62,391 nucleotides of DNA from a virus. Its lineage: Duplodnaviria > Caudoviricetes. Location: the IMG/VR virus record IMGVR_UViG_3300046004_001609, positions 1 through 62,391 of that record, one strand, 5' to 3'. Positions 28,212 to 37,920 of this stretch are shown one piece after another (within the stretch, counting starts at the first letter, position 1; each line of letters begins with the position of its first letter). A program made the translations under genes and the position numbers. The notes beneath the pieces were generated by a model, which did no database searches, had not been told where the DNA came from, and worked only from the letters and a program-made list of their open reading frames with translations.

Positions 28212-28731
28212 ATTAACAGATATATATCGACAAATTAAAGAAGAAGAAGCACTTCCAACACAACAATACAAAATATATTGTGACATGGATGGTGTATTAT
28301 GTGACTTTGATAGACAATTTGAACAATATGCTAGAATAAGTCCTAAAGCATTTGAATCTAAATTTGGAACAGATAAGTTTTGGGAATTAATAGATAAAAT
28401 AGGTTACATATTTTGGTCTAAAATACCTTGGATGTCAGATGGTAAAAGTTTATGGACATATATTAGTAAATACAAACCCGATTTATTATCAGCTCCATCA
28501 CAAAAGGCATCATCACGCTATGGAAAACGTTTATGGGTAAGTGAAAACATACCAGGAGCTAAATTAATATTAGCTGACAGAGAAAAAAAACAAAATTATT
28601 CAAAGAAAAATTCAATACTTATTGATGATCGCCCTGACACCATTAGTGAATGGAATAGTAGGGGAGGAATTGGTATATTATTTACATCAACAGAACAAAC
28701 AATTAATGATTTGAAAAAATTGGGCTTATGA
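28204..28731 (+). CDS. HAD-family 5'(3')-nucleotidase (NT5C-like)
   Basis: IYCDMDGVLCDF and LIDDR motifs. Confidence 0.88.
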   Translation: MYKLTDIYRQIKEEEALPTQQYKIYCDMDGVLCDFDRQFEQYARISPKAFESKFGTDKFWELIDKIGYIFWSKIPWMSDGKSLWTYISKYKPDLLSAPSQKASSRYGKRLWVSENIPGAKLILADREKKQNYSKKNSILIDDRPDTISEWNSRGGIGILFTSTEQTINDLKKLGL

Positions 28732-29315
28732 AAATATGTAGTAAATGCAATATAGGTAAACCAATAGGTGAATATTATAAAAACTCGGGTAATACTTTAG
28801 GTTTAGATCCTTTATGTAAAGAATGTAAAAAGGAATATAGAAAAAGTAAAGGTTTTAATAAATGGAATTCTAAATATAATTTAAATGTTAATAAAGAATA
28901 TAAAAAAGAATATTTTTTAAAAAATAAAGAACATATATATGCTAGAATAAAAAAATGGAGAAATATCCCTAAAAATAAAATATCATGTATATTAAGAGTT
29001 CAAATAAATAACTATATTAGAAAAGGTAAAGGAAAAAAACACACTTCTGTTATTAATTTAATTGGGTGTGATATACATAGCTTAAAACAATATCTAGAAC
29101 AACAATTCAAACCAGAAATGACTTGGGAAAATCATGGGATAATATGGGAAATAGATCATATTAAACCATGTTCAAGTTTTAACTTAGTAGATATAGAGCA
29201 ACAAAAACAATGTTTTCATTATACAAATCAACAACCATTATTTAAGACAACTGAGATAGCCTATAGTTATGGGTATATTAATGAAATAGGAAACAGAGAT
29301 AAAAATAATAATTAA
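28728..29315 (+). CDS. Free-standing HNH endonuclease, probably homing
   Basis: CSKC/CKEC zinc motif; MTWENHG..WEIDHIKP...CFHYTN. Confidence 0.85.
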   Translation: MKICSKCNIGKPIGEYYKNSGNTLGLDPLCKECKKEYRKSKGFNKWNSKYNLNVNKEYKKEYFLKNKEHIYARIKKWRNIPKNKISCILRVQINNYIRKGKGKKHTSVINLIGCDIHSLKQYLEQQFKPEMTWENHGIIWEIDHIKPCSSFNLVDIEQQKQCFHYTNQQPLFKTTEIAYSYGYINEIGNRDKNNN

Positions 29316-29317
29316 CT

Positions 29318-29842
29318 ATGATTTACAAATACAAATTAGTAGAACAAGAAATGGATGGAGATAATGCAATGCAAAAAGCTTCATATGACTTAGTTCTTAC
29401 TCCAACTACCTTATCTGTTGAAGAAGTAGTTAAAGCATTAGAAAATATAGATAATTACGGAGCATATATATCTAACTTAAGAAACTCAGCTACTGATGTA
29501 AATAAAGCTGTTGAAGCACATTTTGGACCTAGTCAACCTTGGGCTAAAAAAGCAAAAGAAAAAGAAAATGGTAAACCATTCCCAATTAAAACAAAACAAG
29601 CACAAGATGATTTTATTAAAACATTAAAATCAAGACCCAGTTTATTAAACTGGACTATCCAAGGAGAAGTATTACATTTCCCAACAAGTAAAAATCCATC
29701 TAAACAAGTAACTAAAAATATCATTTACACAGTTATGAATAATGCTAAAATCGATTATACTATAGATGATAAAGTAGCGACAAGTGAAGATTCATTACGC
29801 GAAGCAATTAAAGAAATCATTAGAAAAAACATTAAAAAATAA
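29318..29842 (+). CDS. Hypothetical protein
   Basis: N-terminal YKLVE; C-terminal LREAIKEIIRK. Confidence 0.8.
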   Translation: MIYKYKLVEQEMDGDNAMQKASYDLVLTPTTLSVEEVVKALENIDNYGAYISNLRNSATDVNKAVEAHFGPSQPWAKKAKEKENGKPFPIKTKQAQDDFIKTLKSRPSLLNWTIQGEVLHFPTSKNPSKQVTKNIIYTVMNNAKIDYTIDDKVATSEDSLREAIKEIIRKNIKK

Positions 29843-29843
29843 T

Positions 29844-30413
29844 ATGTCTGAAAATGTTTTAAAAAAGGATTTCAAGCAAAAAGATATCCAACGTATACGT
29901 AATCTCGTTCAAAATAAACATGGAGAGAAAACCACTACAGGTGTAGGTTATGAAAAGCAAAAAGACTTTCATGAAGAAGGTGATGTGTGGGAAGTAGATG
30001 GAAGACAATGGACCATTAAAAACGGCATCAAACAAAATATTACTAAACTAGATAAAGCAAAAAAGGAGGTTACACTTCCCTTATTTTGCCCTTGTTGTTC
30101 TAATTTAATGAAAAATAAATACGATAAACTATTTTACATTCAGTATAAAAGATGCTTCAATTGTCAAATTGACTTTGAAACAGAATTGCGTGTATTAGGT
30201 TTATGGGAAGAATATGAGAAAAATATCATCAACTCAGATATAGAACATGTAATTACAGATTATAGTGTTTGGATGGATGAAGTTATAAATGGTTCAAATG
30301 AAAGTTTTATTACAGAAGCTGGTGATATCGAAAAATGGGTAGGTTCATCAAAAAATAAGTTGTTAGAAAATAAAGAAGAAACAATTAAGTACTTACAAGG
30401 CCTCAAAAAATAA
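29844..30413 (+). CDS. Hypothetical protein with Cys4 zinc motif
   Basis: CPCC...CFNC; ATG 29844 directly follows the previous stop and is preferred to GTG 29784. Confidence 0.8.
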   Translation: MSENVLKKDFKQKDIQRIRNLVQNKHGEKTTTGVGYEKQKDFHEEGDVWEVDGRQWTIKNGIKQNITKLDKAKKEVTLPLFCPCCSNLMKNKYDKLFYIQYKRCFNCQIDFETELRVLGLWEEYEKNIINSDIEHVITDYSVWMDEVINGSNESFITEAGDIEKWVGSSKNKLLENKEETIKYLQGLKK

Positions 30414-30414
30414 T

Positions 30415-31032
30415 ATGAGTACAATAACTTTAACAATTATAACAGCATTAACAACAGCAATACTTGGACCCATAATTGTAGAATGGGTTAAGATAAAATT
30501 CATATCTAAAAAACCTAACAGAGATGTGGTAGGTGAATCTATAAATATTCATGAAAAAGTAGACACACAGCTTGAACTCCTTTTAGAAGAATTAGAATGT
30601 GATAGAATATGTATTGCCCAATTTCATAATGGTGGTCATTTTTATCCAACAGGTAAATCAATCAAAAAATTTAGTATATTCTATGAACGAATTACTAATA
30701 AAGCTACATCAATAAAAGAAACATTTCAAAATATACCTGTATCTTTATTTCCAAAAGTATTTTCTTTATTATATAAAGACAACGAATTAGTTATACCAAG
30801 TTGTTCTAATAATGAAATTGATTGTGGATTATTTCAGGTTAAAGGTAAAAAATATAAAACTAAATCGATGTATATGTTAGCTATAAACGATCTAAATGAT
30901 AATTTCATTGGTTCATTAACTATATCATATTATAGTAAAGAACATAAACTTACATTGGATGAATGGATTTTAATAAGACAAAAAGTAGGTGCAATAGGCA
31001 CAATCCTTACAGATTATTTACATAGACATTAA
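30415..31032 (+). CDS. N-terminal TM plus GAF-like domain protein (candidate T4 T-type holin)
   Basis: Hydrophobic N-terminus; DRICIAQFHNG...FIGSLTISY GAF-like pattern. Confidence 0.55.
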   Translation: MSTITLTIITALTTAILGPIIVEWVKIKFISKKPNRDVVGESINIHEKVDTQLELLLEELECDRICIAQFHNGGHFYPTGKSIKKFSIFYERITNKATSIKETFQNIPVSLFPKVFSLLYKDNELVIPSCSNNEIDCGLFQVKGKKYKTKSMYMLAINDLNDNFIGSLTISYYSKEHKLTLDEWILIRQKVGAIGTILTDYLHRH

Positions 31033-31061
31033 AAATATAATATTTATAATAAAACATTAAA

Positions 31062-31496
31062 ATGACTAATTCATTCGAAAATATGCAAAAATTGGCTTTT
31101 GGTAAAGTACTTATCAAAGAGTCAATGGAAAATACAAAAATGTCTAAATCTGCTTTAAAAGCACACATCCGTGAAATGATTTTAGATGAAGCTAAAAAGA
31201 AAAAAGACAAACCCGAAAATGTAGCTCCACAAGAAGACGTAGATGTTGATCTTAATATGGGTGATGAACAATTACCAGCTGAACCATCGGGTGAAGAATC
31301 AGCAATAAATACAGTACCTACAGCAACTAGTGATATAGGTGATATCGACCCAACAGTAAAATCTATACAGGATTCATTGCAAAAAGCGTTTGCTCAAGCT
31401 AAAACATTAGGTGACGAAAAATTAATGAACCAAATAGGTAATACTATTACAATGCTTGTACGCACTCAAGTATTGGGTCAGCAAGGTATGCAATAA
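31062..31496 (+). CDS. Hypothetical acidic protein with scaffold-like peptide
   Basis: FENMQKLA and LKAHIREMILDE motifs. Confidence 0.8.
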   Translation: MTNSFENMQKLAFGKVLIKESMENTKMSKSALKAHIREMILDEAKKKKDKPENVAPQEDVDVDLNMGDEQLPAEPSGEESAINTVPTATSDIGDIDPTVKSIQDSLQKAFAQAKTLGDEKLMNQIGNTITMLVRTQVLGQQGMQ

Positions 31497-31535
31497 ATAA
31501 ATTAACAGTTATAAACCAATAAAAACAAAAACAAA

Positions 31536-31709
31536 ATGAGTACTCAAGAACTATTTGAACAAATTAGTGGGTTGTATGAAACAGCAAAAACTAATCACGA
31601 AGAAACAAGCAAAGCAGCAAAAGGAAGAGCTAGAAAAGCATTAAGCGAAATGAAAAAAGTTATCGCTTCTTACAATAAAGCATCCGTAGCAGAAGCTAAA
31701 GCGAAGTAA
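31536..31709 (+). CDS. Histone H1-like Hc1 family protein (57 aa), absent from the ORF track
   Basis: MSTQELFEQI...KAAKGRARKALSEMKKVIASYNKASVAEAKAK; strong A-rich leader. Confidence 0.8.
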   Translation: MSTQELFEQISGLYETAKTNHEETSKAAKGRARKALSEMKKVIASYNKASVAEAKAK

Positions 31710-31714
31710 AAAAT

Positions 31715-32191
31715 ATGGCATCACTTACCCCACGAGAATTGGAATTAAAAAACCAACTTTATAGTCAATATAAACAAAGTAAAGAAAAGTTTATAAAAGA
31801 TTATGGTGGGGAAGCTGAAGCTGTTATGACTGGTAGAGCAATTAAATTAGCAAAGAATATGTCTGAAAAAGAAAGTAAACAAAAAATTAAAGAGATGATT
31901 AAGCAAGCCTTAAAGAAATCTCCTATTGAAGAAATCAATTCAGCTGAATATGTTCAAACACGTAAACCTGTAGCTCCAATTGAAGATAAAGAAAAAAATC
32001 CTGAAGACGTAATTATGATGGATGTTCCATTATTAATTCGTATGTTGGAATATGCTAGAGAAGATGCTAAAACAGATATGGATTTACATTTTGCAGCAGA
32101 AAACTTAATTGCGTTATGTAAAAAAGGTGTAACATTAACTATGGATGATTATGATACAATAATCACCCCTGACGAAGCTAAAAATGACTAA
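31715..32191 (+). CDS. Hypothetical protein
   Basis: 158-aa ORF; internal KIKEMIKQAL motif. Confidence 0.8.
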   Translation: MASLTPRELELKNQLYSQYKQSKEKFIKDYGGEAEAVMTGRAIKLAKNMSEKESKQKIKEMIKQALKKSPIEEINSAEYVQTRKPVAPIEDKEKNPEDVIMMDVPLLIRMLEYAREDAKTDMDLHFAAENLIALCKKGVTLTMDDYDTIITPDEAKND

Positions 32192-32711
32192 AAACGAATT
32201 AAGAGATAGAATTAAAAGTATAGTTAAAAAAGTATACTCAACTAAATCATCGGATTCAACTGATAAAGTGGATTTAGATTCACCAGAAGTAATATCATTA
32301 GATACAGCTCGTTTTCCAGTATTAGTTAAATTCCCAACATTACTTGACACTATAGTAAAATTACTAACAGATCAATATGATTTGTTTATTAAAGACATTG
32401 AATGGGTAGCACCACGCCCAACTACATTTCGTATTATATTAGCAAATGATCAAGTATTTTATTTGATTTATACTGATAGAACATGGATTGGTAAAGTAGA
32501 AGGCAAAAAATATTACTTATTAAATTTAAGTGAAGAACAAAACTGTGTAGAATCAATAGCTAGAATTTTAGCATATGGTGTTAGAATTGAGAAAACAGAA
32601 GAAGGAGCACCAGTTGATACCTCAGCAGACGCGCCCGTTGATACATCAATAGCACCGGAAACACCAATCGATGAAGTTCCCCCAACAGAAGAAACACCCC
32701 CAACAGCATAA
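32184..32711 (+). CDS. Hypothetical protein with tag and acidic tail
   Basis: Starts MTKNELRDRIKSIVKK; APVDTS twice. Confidence 0.8.
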   Translation: MTKNELRDRIKSIVKKVYSTKSSDSTDKVDLDSPEVISLDTARFPVLVKFPTLLDTIVKLLTDQYDLFIKDIEWVAPRPTTFRIILANDQVFYLIYTDRTWIGKVEGKKYYLLNLSEEQNCVESIARILAYGVRIEKTEEGAPVDTSADAPVDTSIAPETPIDEVPPTEETPPTA

Positions 32712-33529
32712 TGGATACATTAGATATATTTTTAAAAAAATATTCATATAAATTTACCAAAGGATATCCTGACATGAACAATGAGCAGGATATGTTGTTA
32801 ATGGAATCAATATTAAATGAATTAGGAGTTAAATTAAATGAAAATTTAGATTCAACAATTAAAGATTTAACAGGAAAACAAAAAGGTCCTAGTAAACTCC
32901 AAACATTTACAGATTTATCTAAATTAACTTATGAACAATATAAATCTAATTTAGGTAAAATAGCTAATATTTTCCCAAATACTATTAATACTATTGAAGA
33001 TTGGAGGTCATATGTAGATAAAGATTTATCTAATAGAGGAGTAGCAATAGAAAATAGTATTAAAAATTATATTATATCTCAAGATAGTGATGTTGAAGCT
33101 AAAGAAATACCTAAAGGAAAAGGTGAAGATTTAATGATAGATGGTAAAATAGTTGAAGTAAAATCTATGCAGGATGATAAAATAAATACTCAACTACAAA
33201 CCAGCTTCTATGTAAATGATCCTAATAAATTTTACATATTTGTTTCAAAAACTAGTTCTCCAAATATTGATATCCGAATAGTTAGTAGTCAATTACTATA
33301 TAGAGCAGCTTTAGGAGATGAAATAGCAGATGAAATAGAATCTAAACAAGGAAAAGAATCTGATATATTATCTAAACAATTAGAAGATGGTCTAAAAACC
33401 TTAGATGTTAAAAAATTCATAATATCTTCTTTATTAACTGGCAAAACATCTGAAGGTACTAAATCTTTTTTTATAGGTAAAAATGATAATATACGAGTAA
33501 GGTTTGTGATATATATTGAACCTAAGTAA
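32711..33529 (+). CDS. Putative PD-(D/E)xK restriction-like nuclease
   Basis: GVAIE...GEDLMIDGKIVEVKS. Confidence 0.6.
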   Translation: MDTLDIFLKKYSYKFTKGYPDMNNEQDMLLMESILNELGVKLNENLDSTIKDLTGKQKGPSKLQTFTDLSKLTYEQYKSNLGKIANIFPNTINTIEDWRSYVDKDLSNRGVAIENSIKNYIISQDSDVEAKEIPKGKGEDLMIDGKIVEVKSMQDDKINTQLQTSFYVNDPNKFYIFVSKTSSPNIDIRIVSSQLLYRAALGDEIADEIESKQGKESDILSKQLEDGLKTLDVKKFIISSLLTGKTSEGTKSFFIGKNDNIRVRFVIYIEPK

Positions 33530-33540
33530 TATTTATAACT

Positions 33541-34254
33541 ATGAAACACGCAGATCTTATAAAACGATTAATCAAAGAGGCATTATCTAAGCCGCTTAAA
33601 GAAGATACATGCAATTGTGGTTGTCATTCATGTGAAAATGTAGGTAATAAGGGTCCAGTACTTAACGAAAGTTTAGGTGCTCGTATATTAATGACCGAAA
33701 ATATGCAATACCATGTTAAAAATAAATTAGCAATTACTGAAAATACATTCAGATATGGTTCGCAAGCATTTTTAGATTTATGGGCTGAAGCGCGTTATTT
33801 ATATTCTCGCAATGCTATTCATTTAAATGATGATGATAAAGCAATTATATTAGAAACGAATTTAGGTGAATATGGAATGTTTGAAGGTAAAAAAGTAGCC
33901 TTAGACATACCTATGTTAGAAGATGATGCATTAGCAGCAGACGAAGAAAAAATTGCTGACGAACCTATATCAGAAGATAAAAAAAAGAATCCACCATTAA
34001 ATAAACCAAAACGTGGTGGATCTAAGAAATTTTATGTGTATATAAGAGACAAAGGTAAAATTAAAAAAGTTAGCTTTGGTGATACATCAGGATTATCTGC
34101 AAAAATAAATAACCCACAAGCACGTCAAGCATTTGCAAAACGTCATGACTGTGCTAACAAAAAGGATAAAACAAAAGCATCATATTGGAGCTGTCGCTTA
34201 CCTAGATATGCTAAATTATTAGGAATTAAATCAACATTTAGTGGATATTGGTAA
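33541..34254 (+). CDS. Hypothetical protein with basic C-terminal domain
   Basis: KKVSFGD...AFAKRHDC...YWSCR; N-terminal tag. Confidence 0.8.
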   Translation: MKHADLIKRLIKEALSKPLKEDTCNCGCHSCENVGNKGPVLNESLGARILMTENMQYHVKNKLAITENTFRYGSQAFLDLWAEARYLYSRNAIHLNDDDKAIILETNLGEYGMFEGKKVALDIPMLEDDALAADEEKIADEPISEDKKKNPPLNKPKRGGSKKFYVYIRDKGKIKKVSFGDTSGLSAKINNPQARQAFAKRHDCANKKDKTKASYWSCRLPRYAKLLGIKSTFSGYW

Positions 34255-34625
34255 TGGATAAACTTAGAAAATTAGTTAGAGAAGAAATACTTAAAGCATT
34301 AAGTGAAGGCTCTGAAGAAAAATTGTATAAAATTGAAGGATTACTTGTTTCAGATAATAACAAGAAAACACAATCTCAATTATTATCAGATATCCGTGCG
34401 ATAACTGGTGTTACTACAATTGATACTAATGAATATATACCTCGCTTACCCAAAGAGAACCGTTCATATAATAGATTAATGGTTAAAATAGATCCATATC
34501 CTTATTTAAAAAATGGCGAATTTAATATAGAAACACTTAATCAAGTTATTAATAACATTAATAATATAGTTGGTGTAGTTACATTTAAAGTTAAAAATCC
34601 ACAATTGATTAATATTGGGATATAG
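34254..34625 (+). CDS. Hypothetical protein with N-terminal tag
   Basis: Starts MDKLRKLVREEILKALSE; ATG overlaps the previous stop. Confidence 0.8.
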   Translation: MDKLRKLVREEILKALSEGSEEKLYKIEGLLVSDNNKKTQSQLLSDIRAITGVTTIDTNEYIPRLPKENRSYNRLMVKIDPYPYLKNGEFNIETLNQVINNINNIVGVVTFKVKNPQLINIGI

Positions 34626-35079
34626 TGATTAAATTAACAGACATATTAAAAGAATTACTCCTTGAAGATCGTTGTAAACGAATTGCTGATCGTAAGTATG
34701 ATAAACCATCTGCTTACAAATCAGGTGCTATTGTTAGGTGTCGTAAAGGTAATATTTGGAAAGATTTAAAAGAAACAGATAACCCACAATCAGGTAAAGC
34801 TACTCCATATGGATCAGGATATGCTAAAGTTAAAGAGGTTATTAAAAAAATGTTAAAAGAAGATAAATCTTTACGTAAATGGTTTTCACGTAAAGGTGCC
34901 CAGGTAAAAAAGGTGGATGGGTTGATTGTAATACTTGTCGCGAAGTAGATGGTAAAACAAAATGTAAAGCATGTGGTAGAGAAAAAGGCGAAAAACGCTC
35001 AAAATACCCATCATGTCGCCCCACACCATCTCAATGTAAAACACCTGGTAAAGGTAAAAAATGGGGAAAAACAAAATAA
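34625..35079 (+). pseudogene. Basic Cys-rich protein broken by a 1-nt frameshift near 34900
   Basis: Frame 0 reads to ...LRKWFSRKGA; the -1 frame continues PGKKGGWVDCNTC...CKACGR...YPSCRPTPSQC to TAA 35079. Confidence 0.7.
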
Positions 35080-35118
35080 AATTGGTTCTTACCTAAAAAA
35101 TAAGTATATTTATAATAG

Positions 35119-37920
35119 ATGGAAAACACGTACAAATTCATAACACACGTAATAGGAAATTTATTCCCACTTAACGAATACTCAGATGGTGAGATGAAAA
35201 GGTTAATGGATAAGTTTAAAGAGGAAGCTGATGACTTAAACATTAAAATTTCAGACGAACAACTTAAAAAATATATTGAACGTTTTGATCAATTAAAAAA
35301 TTCACCTAAAATTGAGGAAAAAGATTTACGTAGATGGCCTTTATCTAAATTAATTAAATTAGTATCTTCATCTGAAGGAGCAGATTCTGAAGAAGAAGAA
35401 GGTCCAGATGTAATATATAGTGAAAACGGGTATACTGTTTATAGTGGTGGAAATGAAGAATTATGTCAAAGACATAGAAATGATGTTCCATGGTGTATAA
35501 CTAGAGGTTCATTTGGAAACTATAGATACAGTGGAGGTAAAGGTTACCCATCATTTTACTTAATAAGTAATACTAATCTGCCAGAAAGTAATAAATTAAG
35601 TTTTGTTGCTATTCAAGTTAGAGATGAAGAGGAAAATCGTAAATATGTTTGGACCCCTAGAGATAACAGCCCAAATGAATCTTCACCAATGGGATGGAGT
35701 ACATTAACTTCAGATATTCCTTGGTTAAATGAAATTCCTAATATCAAAAATATACTTAAAAATGTTCCTTTATCATCAAAAGAAAAAGCAACTCAGGTAT
35801 ATAGTAAATCTGGAAGTGAAATATCTATACGTCAATGGGTAAGTATGCCCTTTAACGAAAAAAAGCAATATTTAGTAGTTAGAAAAAAAAGCAAAATATT
35901 TAATGATATTACAAATGAAGAATTTGTAGCTAATTACTTACCTAACTATCCTCAATTAGCGGCATTCGCAGCCGTTACTCCTGGTGTAGTAGATCCAATG
36001 TTATTACTCAAAAATTTAGATAAATTTTCAGCTAATGATAGAAAATCTATAACTGCTAATTTACATAATTTAGTAGATATAAAAGAATTACAAAAAGAAA
36101 CATTACCATTTGACGTTAAAAAATTATTAACTATTTTAAACAAGTGGGATCTTAAAAATGACGAAAGAATATATGTAACCAAAAATGGTGAAGCTATAGT
36201 TAAGTTAACATTTGGATCAGACATTAATGTAGGAGTTTTTACAGCAGAAGATGATTATCCAAGTATTAAATTAAATAAAAGAACAGCTAAATTTTTATTA
36301 GATTATCCTAAAATAGATGAAATTCCATTTAATAATTTAATTAAATTAGCTAGTGCAGATATAATAGATAAAGATTTTATTACTAAAGTTCTCCAAAAAG
36401 CAGAACAAGACCCAAATTCAGCCATTATAGTTAAAGATACTGAAAATGGTAAAATTTTATTAGATTCAAATTCATTTACTTCTTATAAAATTGAAGGAGA
36501 TAAAATTTCCCCAATCCTATTTAGTAGTGATGAAGTACAAAATATATTAGCATCAGAAACTGAAAATAGTGGCTTTCAAAAATCAGCAGTAGATTTAGTA
36601 TTTGCAGAAGAAAATATACCCGACCAAATAGATAAAGATTCATTTCTTAGTATATTAAAGAATACTCCATATGATAAAAGAACAAAAGATGGTATTGTAA
36701 TAATTCCGTTAGAAAATGGTATAGGGGCATTTAATACAGATGCAGCTCAAGGCAATCCATTTCAATTTTTATATGGTGTTGATCGTCCATGGAATGAATA
36801 TATTAACTATACTCCGAGATTAACAGCAGACATTTGGAGAGAATATTTTGCTTATTTAAGAAATAAAAATGCATCATACACCGATGAACAATTAATGAGA
36901 GTTCTTAATAATTTACCTTCTCAAAGAAAAGCATTTGTAGAAGCATTACCACCAATGGTTGCTGGTAGTATGTACAAACCAGCAATTTATGAAAATGAAG
37001 CTTATCTTGTTAATACTAGAAATCCAAGAGATAGTAAGAGAATATCGGGTACTGGCAAAATAGTTAAAGGAGCATTATCATCATCTCAAGCAAGTAGAAT
37101 ATTAGGAACAACAGTTCAAGCACCAGCAGGACAAGCTCAAGCAGCACCTGCAGCAGCACAACCTGGAGTACCTAGAAGAGGAAGACCAGCAGGAGTAGCA
37201 GGTGCACCTAGACCAGTAGCTGCACCAGCAGCAGGTGGAACACCAACATTTGAATTAATGGTTGGAAGAGGTTTAGAAACAGCATTTAATGGATTACCTA
37301 GACCAGTTAGAAATAGATTAGTAATAGCTACACAAGAAACAGGTTTATCTAGAGGAGCTTCTCGCCGTAATAATCAATTAGGAAATAGAGGTAGAGTTGT
37401 GAGTACTTGGAATTCTGGACCTAGTAGCATATATTTTATTAGATTAACTAATGGTACTATGATAGCATCAATTAATATACAACCAGGAAATGGCAATTAT
37501 ATACTTATTCCAGGCCAAGAATACGTTAGATTAAATTCACCAACTGAATTACTATCAGCATTACAAGCAAGAGAGCTAGCTGAAGTATTTATTGCTGAAT
37601 TTATGTCTTCAAATCCAACAATGATTGATGAAACTAAAAAAGTAGTAGATTTTTATAATAGAAAAATTAAAAACAAACCAAATATGAAATTAAATGAATT
37701 AAAAAATCTTATTAAAAATGAGATTAGAGCAGTTTTAGCTGAAAACGCACCCGCAAAGGAGAAAGAAAAAGTAACTACTCCAACTAAAACTCCAAGCAAA
37801 AACCCATTACATCCAAATCCTAATATTAATCCAAAGACTAAACCAAAAGCACAAAAAGAAGGTATGTCTAAAGGAATAGCTGACATTGTAAAAAAATATA
37901 AATCATTAAAAAAGAAATAA
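35119..37920 (+). CDS. Large modular hypothetical protein (933 aa)
   Basis: WCITR...YRY..FYLI segment; Ala/Pro linker with RRGRP AT-hook; C-terminal tag-like segment. Confidence 0.85.
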   Translation: MENTYKFITHVIGNLFPLNEYSDGEMKRLMDKFKEEADDLNIKISDEQLKKYIERFDQLKNSPKIEEKDLRRWPLSKLIKLVSSSEGADSEEEEGPDVIYSENGYTVYSGGNEELCQRHRNDVPWCITRGSFGNYRYSGGKGYPSFYLISNTNLPESNKLSFVAIQVRDEEENRKYVWTPRDNSPNESSPMGWSTLTSDIPWLNEIPNIKNILKNVPLSSKEKATQVYSKSGSEISIRQWVSMPFNEKKQYLVVRKKSKIFNDITNEEFVANYLPNYPQLAAFAAVTPGVVDPMLLLKNLDKFSANDRKSITANLHNLVDIKELQKETLPFDVKKLLTILNKWDLKNDERIYVTKNGEAIVKLTFGSDINVGVFTAEDDYPSIKLNKRTAKFLLDYPKIDEIPFNNLIKLASADIIDKDFITKVLQKAEQDPNSAIIVKDTENGKILLDSNSFTSYKIEGDKISPILFSSDEVQNILASETENSGFQKSAVDLVFAEENIPDQIDKDSFLSILKNTPYDKRTKDGIVIIPLENGIGAFNTDAAQGNPFQFLYGVDRPWNEYINYTPRLTADIWREYFAYLRNKNASYTDEQLMRVLNNLPSQRKAFVEALPPMVAGSMYKPAIYENEAYLVNTRNPRDSKRISGTGKIVKGALSSSQASRILGTTVQAPAGQAQAAPAAAQPGVPRRGRPAGVAGAPRPVAAPAAGGTPTFELMVGRGLETAFNGLPRPVRNRLVIATQETGLSRGASRRNNQLGNRGRVVSTWNSGPSSIYFIRLTNGTMIASINIQPGNGNYILIPGQEYVRLNSPTELLSALQARELAEVFIAEFMSSNPTMIDETKKVVDFYNRKIKNKPNMKLNELKNLIKNEIRAVLAENAPAKEKEKVTTPTKTPSKNPLHPNPNINPKTKPKAQKEGMSKGIADIVKKYKSLKKK

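Noticed and set aside
34949-35143. Stand-alone ORF 34949-35143
   Set aside because: It is an off-frame reading of the frameshifted Cys-rich domain and runs through the next promoter.
35119-37920. Tape-measure protein
   Set aside because: No periodic helical or TM repeats and no adjacent tail tube or chaperone genes.
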